Shown: piece by piece, positions 16,357 to 22,902 of the stretch | How positions within the stretch are numbered: position 1 is the stretch's first letter | Layout: every line of letters starts with the position of its first letter | Assembly: GCA_009781955.1 (NCBI GenBank) | Contig: WQUT01000074.1 | Coordinates: 1 to 40,273, forward strand | Source of the DNA: Pseudomonadota bacterium | Lineage (GTDB): Bacteria; Pseudomonadota; Alphaproteobacteria; Rs-D84 | Length of the DNA stretch: 40,273 nucleotides | Direction: 5' to 3' | Translations under genes and position numbers: made by a program | Notes under the pieces: generated by a model | Databases searched by the model: none | Told to the model about the DNA's origin: nothing | The model's input: only the letters and a program-made list of their open reading frames with translations

Positions 16357-17850
16357 TCAGAATTTTCCCATGATTCCCAATCTGATTCCCATAGAGCTGT
16401 AAATAGAGTTCACCTCGCTATTCGTGGCGCAGACCCAGCCCGGGCAGGATGCTTTCAGGTCTTGGATGGACGTCGCGATTTCCGCCGCCTGGGCCGCGGT
16501 GTATCCCATGTAATTGCCGTTCGCTATGTCGTTCAGGATTTGATCGTATAGCGTCCCATTGGGCCAGCCCGCGCCGTTTATGCTGTTCAGCCCGAATGAT
16601 TTCCCATTCAGGAATGTTTTGGCATTCGCGCCCGATACCGTATAGTAATCATACGTCAGCCCCATCTGCAACGAAACGCTGTTCGTAAGCGCCGTTGACC
16701 ACAGGGCCGCCAGCCCCAGGTGATACGCGCTGCCTAAACTTGCCGAGTCTTCCACGCTTTTCGGATGTTTCCAGTCCGGACGATATGGCTGGTCGCCGGC
16801 AGATGTATAGGACGGCAGCCCCAATTCCACGCGGCCGGACATCGCATTATTCTCGTTAATCGGATATTCCGCGTCCATCGCCAGATACGGGCCGCTCCAC
16901 GAAACGTCGTATTTGTGGCTGGTTCCCGGCTGCTGGTAATAATATGTGCCGCCGGTGTCAACTATGCCGCCGGTCGTAGAATACGGGGGGCCCCAAATCA
17001 CCTGGGGCGTTCCGCCCGGATTTTGAATGACTACGAACGGATCGCATTGAACCTCGTCGCTGCCGGGAACAGTTATGCAGTATCCGGTATCCAGCGACAT
17101 TCCGTAATTCTGGTTGACGGTCAGCGTATAGCTCAGCATGCGGTAACCCACGCTGGGCGTCAATTTAATCTTTCCAATCGCCAGCTTGTCCGTCAGCCCC
17201 AGCCCCGCGTTGAACCCCAGCATGTTGCCGCCCGAACTGGTCCCGACCGACAGCGCGTGCCCGTAAACATTCCCGATTGTCGCGCCGGTCGTGGAATCCA
17301 CATAGGTCGTTATCAAATACCCGCCGGCGGTGATGTCGTCGTCAACCATCCTGCTCTCGCCGGACTGCATCCCGTATTTGAATCCCGCGTCAATCTTTAG
17401 CCCGAACGCGGCGTTGCCGAACGCGTATCCGCCGTTCAGATCCAAAACATTCCAAGCCAGGTTGTCAAAGCCCAGCTTGCTGCCCGCGGTTTTTAGCGAA
17501 AATTCCCAATTGGCGAATTCGTGCGTAATCCCGCCGCCCAGATAAAATCCGGTCGTCTGATTCGGTCCCTTTGCACTTGGACGCGGCGCGGACGCGGCAT
17601 TTCCGGAATAATTATTCTGTCCGCCGACGGCGGCATACGGAACCTGGGCCGTTGTCGGACGCTGATACTGGCCGTAAGGATTGTAAGTATATGCGCCCGG
17701 GTTATAAGCGGTTGGCGACGCGCCGGTGTTGGAATACCGGACTTGGGGCGATTGATAGCCCCCGCCGGTATAGTATGTTCCGGCAGAAAAAGCCGGAACA
17801 GGCAGCAGGCAACAGGCAGCAGGCAGCAGGCATATTAGATATTTCTTCAT
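16357..17850 (-). CDS. outer-membrane beta-barrel protein (family not recognised)
   Basis: Signal peptide MKKYLICLLPAACCLLPVPAFSA, a Tyr/Gly/Pro-rich linker, alternating beta-strand pattern, and terminal ...GIRLGIMGKF. Confidence 0.7.
   Translation of the reverse strand: MKKYLICLLPAACCLLPVPAFSAGTYYTGGGYQSPQVRYSNTGASPTAYNPGAYTYNPYGQYQRPTTAQVPYAAVGGQNNYSGNAASAPRPSAKGPNQTTGFYLGGGITHEFANWEFSLKTAGSKLGFDNLAWNVLDLNGGYAFGNAAFGLKIDAGFKYGMQSGESRMVDDDITAGGYLITTYVDSTTGATIGNVYGHALSVGTSSGGNMLGFNAGLGLTDKLAIGKIKLTPSVGYRMLSYTLTVNQNYGMSLDTGYCITVPGSDEVQCDPFVVIQNPGGTPQVIWGPPYSTTGGIVDTGGTYYYQQPGTSHKYDVSWSGPYLAMDAEYPINENNAMSGRVELGLPSYTSAGDQPYRPDWKHPKSVEDSASLGSAYHLGLAALWSTALTNSVSLQMGLTYDYYTVSGANAKTFLNGKSFGLNSINGAGWPNGTLYDQILNDIANGNYMGYTAAQAAEIATSIQDLKASCPGWVCATNSEVNSIYSSMGIRLGIMGKF
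17801..17831. repeat. heptamer array (GGCAGCA)x4.5 inside the OMP signal-peptide codons
   Basis: ggcagcaggcaacaggcagcaggcagcaggc encodes LLPAACCLLP on the minus strand. Confidence 0.85.
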
Positions 17851-17931
17851 TATCTCCCTCTTGATTAATCGGATTATATCACAAAAACGACTTGAAAAAA
17901 AATGATTTGTAGTGTATAAAATCCGAACATC

Positions 17932-18016
17932 GGGGCTATGGCGAAACTGGTAGACGCGCTACCTTGAGGTGGTAGTGGAGCAATCCATAGGAGTTCAAAT
18001 CTCCTTAGCCCCACCA
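17932..18016 (+). tRNA. tRNA-Leu(GAG)
   Basis: Hand-folded cloverleaf: acceptor ggggcta/tagcccc, anticodon arm ctacc-ttGAGgt-ggtag, long variable arm, T arm aggag-ttcaaat-ctcct, encoded CCA. Confidence 0.9.
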
Positions 18017-18115
18017 AGTTGTTTTTGAGAACATGGCGCATACAAGCCCGTGGAGCCGCAAAGCGGCGACGTGGGCGCAGTGGTGAGCCGGCATTGCGAA
18101 GCAATGTCGTGCGAA

Positions 18116-18189
18116 CAAACTGGTAGACGCGCTACCTTGAGGTGGTAGTGGAGAAATCCATAGGAGTTCAAATCTCCTTAGCCCCACCA
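18116..18189 (+). pseudogene. duplicated 3' three-quarters of tRNA-Leu lacking the 5' acceptor strand
   Basis: aaactggtagacgcgctaccttgaggtggtagtggagaaatccataggagttcaaatctccttagccccacca, 1 mismatch to the gene 100 bp upstream. No ggggcta 5' strand. Confidence 0.8.
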
Positions 18190-18313
18190 CCGTTTTTGTC
18201 CGAACGAAGTGAGGAATACAAAAACGAGTGTCTCGCCGTAGTCCGAAGGACGGAGGCGGACAAGTAAAGTTCGTAAAGCATCCACCAGGGCGCGGCGCCA
18301 TAATTAAAACTTA

Positions 18314-18919
18314 TTACAACTCTCCCGTCTTGAACTCGTCATAACCCTCGTAATAATAGCTGACATCTATTCCTTTCATAAACACTCCGCGGTCATTGAT
18401 TTTGCCGGTCAGCGCATTTTTTAACAAATGCTTTATTTCCGTATCTTTCACGGGACTGCGCGCCATCGCGGAAAGATAATCGTTTTTATCAACCCGATTC
18501 CAATCCACGACTTTTTTCAACTCTTTTTTCAAAATCAAGTCCAGCCAGATTCGCATCGCGCGGCCGTTGCCTTCGCGGAATGGATGCGCGATGTTCATTT
18601 CAATATACTTTTCAATAATTTCATCAAAAGTATTCTGGGGCATTTTATCAATATGCTTCAGCGATTGCGGCAGATACATCAACGGCGCGAAACGAAATCC
18701 TCCCTTTGCGATATTCACATCGCGAATCTTGCCGGCGAAATCATAAATATCGCCGAAAAGAAATCCGTGTATCCGGGCAAGGCCCGAAAATGTTCCAACC
18801 CGCAGCTTATCAATATGGCCGCTATCAAAAAGCAACTGCGCTTGCTTTTTGCTGATTTGTTCTTCCGCGCGGTTCAATTCAACCTGGCCGGTGATCCCAA
18901 GCTTGTTTTTCAAAACCAT
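18314..18919 (-). CDS. fic: Fic family AMPylase, class III (C-terminal inhibitory helix)
   Basis: Fic motif HPFREGNGRAMR. C-terminal SYYYEG fits the (S/T)xxxE(G/N) alpha-inh motif. 201 aa. Confidence 0.85.
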   Translation of the reverse strand: MVLKNKLGITGQVELNRAEEQISKKQAQLLFDSGHIDKLRVGTFSGLARIHGFLFGDIYDFAGKIRDVNIAKGGFRFAPLMYLPQSLKHIDKMPQNTFDEIIEKYIEMNIAHPFREGNGRAMRIWLDLILKKELKKVVDWNRVDKNDYLSAMARSPVKDTEIKHLLKNALTGKINDRGVFMKGIDVSYYYEGYDEFKTGEL

Positions 18920-18977
18920 TTAGCACCCTTTTAGTCTAATAAATTATACCAAGCTTATTGTAAAAGTCCAGTTATTA

Positions 18978-19010
18978 CCAGCCACCAGCACTAGCCACCA
19001 GCCACCAGCA
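18978..19010. repeat. heptamer array (CCAGCCA)-type
   Basis: ccagccaccagcactagccaccagccaccagca, between fic and the giant ORF. The same unit occurs inside polA at 24101. Confidence 0.8.
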
Positions 19011-19069
19011 AACAATCACTCTTTTTCCTCTTGCCCCGGGCCGCCTATTTTTGCTTTAATTGTTAAAGC

Positions 19070-22000
19070 ATGAGGAAACTCTTTTCCATTTTTGCCGCCG
19101 TTGTCATCGCGTGCGCTTGCCCGCGCGCGCATGCGGACGATTCGGAGACAGAGGTAGCGCGCGCCGGCCGGCCCGGCGTTGCGGCGCCAATATCGGCGGC
19201 CCCGGCGCAATCCGCCGCAACCGCAGCGCAGCAACGCGGCCCGGCGCCCGCATCCAACCGCGCAACGCCCGCCGGCGCGGTCGTCGCGCCGACGGCGCCA
19301 AGCGCGCGGGGGGCCGCCACGCGCGAACCAACGCCAGAGGCGACGCGCACGGCGGCGCCGGGCCAATCGCAAATCTCGCCGGGGGCCGGGCCCGCGCCGA
19401 ACGTCCGCGCCGCCGCCACCCCGCGAGAGGTCGCGGCCCGCGCGGCCCCTGAATCCGCGCGAACCGCCGTCGCGCGCCCATCCGTCGCCGGCAATCAATT
19501 GCCAAATGCCCCAGTCAGAAACCAAGACGAAGGCTGGCTCGCCGCCCATGGCCCCGGCGAACGGTGGTCGCAGATTTCCCGCGCGGGCATAGCCCCACAA
19601 ATAGACACTAATCGCCAGTCGCCGGCCGCCAGCCGCCAGTCGCCAATCGCCCGTTCCGTAATGCGCGCGGCCGCGGCGCCGGGCATCGCGCCAAAGTCTG
19701 TCCGCGCGGCGATAACCCAGATCACCGGCGGCGACGGAAATCTGAACGATTACCAGCTGTGCCGCGATACTTACTTTCAATGCATGGACGAATTCTGCGC
19801 GAACAAGGACAGCCAGCTGCGCCGCTGCGCATGTTCAAAACGCATGCATGATTTTGACAAGGCGCAAAAAAACATGGATAAATTCCAAAACAAAATGCTG
19901 GATTTTAACCAAAGGCTGCTGACCGTCAGCATGGACAAGGAAGACGCGACCGCATCCATCAAGGCGACCGAGGGCGAGACGGCATTCCAGGCCGGCGATA
20001 CGTCGCCTTCGCAGCAAATCCTGGATACCATAATGGGCAAGCTGAAGTCCACCAACGCCGACAACAAGGATACTCATTCCCTGGCCATGATAACCTTGTC
20101 GCTGGACACCAGCACCGTGTTTGACACCATTGACTATACGTTGGGCGCGACGACCGCGACCAAGGAAGGCGACGCCCTGTTCCGCGCCGCGCTGCCCGTA
20201 TGCAAGGAAATAGCGGCCGAGATATGCGCCCCGGACGATATTTCCATCGCGCAGTCCGCATACGAAATGGCGATAGAGCAAGACTGCAACACCGCGCAAA
20301 AGGCGTATGAAAGCCTGCAGGATTCCGCGCTGCAGAAAGTGCGCGAGGGCAACGCCCTGCTGGACATGTCGCGGCTGCAGAATTACCAGGACCGCAATGC
20401 GGACGATACGTTGACCTGCAAGAAAAAGATGCTGGACATGCTGGCCAACGACGCGGTGTGCGGCGCCGATTTGGGCAAATGTCTGGACTGGTCCGGAAAA
20501 TACATTGATCCGTCAACCGGCACGGCCATACTCACCAGCAACCTTTCCAATCTGGCCAACATGCTGGTGCCGCCCAACAACGACCCCGCCGGCGCGAACA
20601 AATGGGTCAAGGTCAAGGAAAACTCCGGATTCGTAAAATTCCTGAACGCAAAGAAAAAATACATCTCGCCCGCGATGGACAGCTGCGAGAAAATTTCCGA
20701 CATGGTCTGGAACGGGTTTATGGAAGACGCGCTGGCCCAGATAAAAATCGCCCAAACCAGAAAGCTGGAGGATATGCGGCAAAGCTGCACCACCATCACC
20801 ACGACATGCCTGGCCGGAATGGCGCAGTCTTTGACCGATTTTGACACGCGCGCGCTGTCGGTGTTCGGCGTGAACGCCGATCGCACGGTGAACCAGATGT
20901 GCGCCCAGGTCAGGACCGCGTGCGACGGACTGATGGCGGCCACCGGCGGCGCGGGGGGGACCGACTGGCAGACCGGCATGACCGAAATCGCCCGCGACAA
21001 GACGTTTGACCAGATCATAAAGACCTGCATCCAGGTCGGGCAAAACTGCATCGTTCAGAACTGCACGTCCGCGGCCGGAAATTTCGGGCTGTGCAATTTC
21101 ATACAAGATTATCCGACGTCCATCAACAGAAACAAAGTGCTGACCGGAACCATATGCTTTAACGACGTGGTGTCGTGCGTGAATGACGCGAATCTTGCCG
21201 ACGACGTTCTGAACGCTATGCGCGGCGCGTGGTATGGGGCCGCGGCATTCGCCACGCCGGGCGGCAGCAATCTGTGCACCGCGGGCGTGGCAAACATGAA
21301 CACCTGCCTGCTGGCGCAATACATCTGGGGCGGATGCAACAGCGCCCCCCAGAACGCGGGCGCGGAAATACTGGTCAACGCAATCATAACCGATTCCACC
21401 AGGGCCAAATACAGCACCATAATGGCATGGTTCGGGACAAACACCCACAAAGATTGCTATGCCGCGAATTGCCCAAAGGATTGGGGCGGCAGCGTAACCG
21501 GATGCGATCCGTCTTACAGCGGGCCGCCCAGCCCCGTAACGGAATGCCCGGCCAACAAGAAATTTGCGGTTGCATCCGGTTTGACCAACTGCTGCGATTC
21601 CGGCGCGTTTGACAGCTTTGGAAACTGCTGTCCCAGCGGCGGCGTGAAATACGTGCCGGTTGACGTCACCGATACCGGCGCGGCGGATTTCTTCCGCGTT
21701 CCCGGAACATCGCCGAATTATAACGCCAACACGCTGAGCTCTGGTTCCAAGGGTTCCGGATGGGGATTTGGGGCCAATCAAACCGCCTATTCTATCGTGT
21801 GCTCTGGCCCCAGCCTGCAATTCATCGCAAAGTTCACGTCCAGCGGCGGCAACAGCCCGATATACCTGTTCTGTTCCTCTAGCGGCGGCACCGGCAAGAT
21901 GAGCGGAACGTATGCGACCGGCGGGAACGCGACCTGCAGCGGGAGATTCCTGGCCATCAATGCGGCCCGGGGGACATATTCCGCGCCGGTGTATACCCCG

Positions 22001-22207
22001 AATACGCCGAACGGCCCGGTATCGCCCGCGATGTATTACACTTCCGCCAGCGGCCCGTGCACATACAGCTTTAATCCCGATACGGAAGACGGAACGTGGA
22101 GCGGCAGCAACTGCACCGCGTTGCCGAACGCCCTGAACGAAACGGGCGGATCATGGAACGGCGCAATAAGAAAAGACACTCCGCCGAATATGTTTATCAA
22201 TTTCTAA
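19070..22207 (+). CDS. giant secreted cysteine-rich protein (1045 aa), unknown family
   Basis: Signal peptide MRKLFSIFAAVVIACACPRAHA, a ~200-aa Ala/Pro/Arg low-complexity region, then a Cys-rich body (CRDTYFQCMDEFCANKDSQLRRCACSKRM..., NCCDSGAFDSFGNCCPSG...) ending MFINF. Confidence 0.75.
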   Translation: MRKLFSIFAAVVIACACPRAHADDSETEVARAGRPGVAAPISAAPAQSAATAAQQRGPAPASNRATPAGAVVAPTAPSARGAATREPTPEATRTAAPGQSQISPGAGPAPNVRAAATPREVAARAAPESARTAVARPSVAGNQLPNAPVRNQDEGWLAAHGPGERWSQISRAGIAPQIDTNRQSPAASRQSPIARSVMRAAAAPGIAPKSVRAAITQITGGDGNLNDYQLCRDTYFQCMDEFCANKDSQLRRCACSKRMHDFDKAQKNMDKFQNKMLDFNQRLLTVSMDKEDATASIKATEGETAFQAGDTSPSQQILDTIMGKLKSTNADNKDTHSLAMITLSLDTSTVFDTIDYTLGATTATKEGDALFRAALPVCKEIAAEICAPDDISIAQSAYEMAIEQDCNTAQKAYESLQDSALQKVREGNALLDMSRLQNYQDRNADDTLTCKKKMLDMLANDAVCGADLGKCLDWSGKYIDPSTGTAILTSNLSNLANMLVPPNNDPAGANKWVKVKENSGFVKFLNAKKKYISPAMDSCEKISDMVWNGFMEDALAQIKIAQTRKLEDMRQSCTTITTTCLAGMAQSLTDFDTRALSVFGVNADRTVNQMCAQVRTACDGLMAATGGAGGTDWQTGMTEIARDKTFDQIIKTCIQVGQNCIVQNCTSAAGNFGLCNFIQDYPTSINRNKVLTGTICFNDVVSCVNDANLADDVLNAMRGAWYGAAAFATPGGSNLCTAGVANMNTCLLAQYIWGGCNSAPQNAGAEILVNAIITDSTRAKYSTIMAWFGTNTHKDCYAANCPKDWGGSVTGCDPSYSGPPSPVTECPANKKFAVASGLTNCCDSGAFDSFGNCCPSGGVKYVPVDVTDTGAADFFRVPGTSPNYNANTLSSGSKGSGWGFGANQTAYSIVCSGPSLQFIAKFTSSGGNSPIYLFCSSSGGTGKMSGTYATGGNATCSGRFLAINAARGTYSAPVYTPNTPNGPVSPAMYYTSASGPCTYSFNPDTEDGTWSGSNCTALPNALNETGGSWNGAIRKDTPPNMFINF
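19611..19649. repeat. heptamer array (CGCCAGN)x5.5, in frame in the giant ORF
   Basis: cgccagtcgccggccgccagccgccagtcgccaatcgcc encodes RQSPAASRQSPIA. Confidence 0.8.
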
Positions 22208-22208
22208 A

Positions 22209-22814
22209 TCATAAGTTTATCGCGGCGATGGCCCCAAGAACCTTTTTCAATTCTTCGGGTGAAAATCGGCCCAAGACCCAGTCGGTGGGATCAATGGGCG
22301 ACCCGGCATCGCGCGGATGGCCGACGCCGATGCGAATGCGCCGGTAATCGGGGCCGACCGCGGCGTCTATGCTGCGAATTCCATTATGGCCCGCGCTGCC
22401 CCCGCCGGTTTTTTGCCGCATTTCGCCGACACGGATATCCATATCGTCGTGAATTACAATCAAATTTTCCAGCGGGATTTTATAGTATTTCATCAATGCC
22501 GCCACCGCCGCGCCGGAATTGTTCATAAATGTCAGCGGCTTTGCAAAAATCGTTGGCCGTTGGTCGTTGGTCGTTGGTCGGTGGTCGTTGGTCGGTGGTC
22601 GGTGGTCGGTGGTCGGTGGTCGGTGGTCGGTGGTCGGTGGTCGGTGGGTGATTTTTGTGACAATCGCATCCTTTTCTTTTTTCCAAACCGCGTCCGCGCC
22701 CGCCAGCACATCAACCGCGATAAAGCCGGCGTTATGCCGGGTAGTCGCGTATTCGGCCCCCGGATTCCCCAGGCCGACAACCAATAATGGAGGCGATGCA
22801 TTCATACCCGTCAT
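22209..22814 (-). CDS. pth: peptidyl-tRNA hydrolase carrying an in-frame heptamer-array insert
   Basis: LLVVGLGNPGAEYATTRHNAGF..., KPLTFMNNSG, GGGSAGHNGIRS, RIRIGVGHP. A 32-aa HRPPTTD repeat lies between them. Confidence 0.9.
   Translation of the reverse strand: MTGMNASPPLLVVGLGNPGAEYATTRHNAGFIAVDVLAGADAVWKKEKDAIVTKITHRPPTTDHRPPTTDHRPPTNDHRPTTNDQRPTIFAKPLTFMNNSGAAVAALMKYYKIPLENLIVIHDDMDIRVGEMRQKTGGGSAGHNGIRSIDAAVGPDYRRIRIGVGHPRDAGSPIDPTDWVLGRFSPEELKKVLGAIAAINL
22551..22648. repeat. heptamer array CG(G/T)TGGT x14
   Basis: cgttggccgttggtcgttggt...cggtggtcggtggtcggtggg. Read on the minus strand it gives 7-aa periodicity: THRPPTTDHRPPTTDHRPPTNDHRPTTNDQRPT. Confidence 0.9.
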
Positions 22815-22902
22815 TATATCCGAAAAATCGCAGAGTTCAAAGAAAAAGATTGGGGCCTATATTCTTCTTGGCTTATTGGATTTATTGGGCTATCATATAA
22901 TC

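Noticed and set aside
18116-18189. Second functional tRNA-Leu gene
   Set aside because: The 5' acceptor strand (ggggcta) is missing and the upstream sequence cannot pair with tagcccc. The D loop carries an extra 2 nt.
19016-21820. Minus-strand ORFs overlapping the giant gene (19016..19780, 20383..21051, 20513..21820 and others)
   Set aside because: They are shadow ORFs in very GC-rich DNA. The plus-strand frame has a signal peptide and a continuous 1045-aa ORF, whereas these have no starts with an SD and low-complexity Arg/Gly/Ala content.
17850-22207. Prophage or integrative island at tRNA-Leu
   Set aside because: No integrase, phage or conjugation genes are present in the window. Only the att-like duplication and accessory genes are seen, so it is reported as a scar rather than an island.
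22551-22648. CRISPR array
   Set aside because: Here and at the other arrays the units are 6-8 nt, directly abutting with no spacers. No cas genes are present. These are microsatellite-like arrays, not CRISPR.
22519-22902. N-terminal 128-aa extension of the polA ORF in the track
   Set aside because: This stretch is antisense to pth, including the heptamer array read as GRWSVVGGRW. Conserved PolA begins at MPQHLTLIDGNS (22903).
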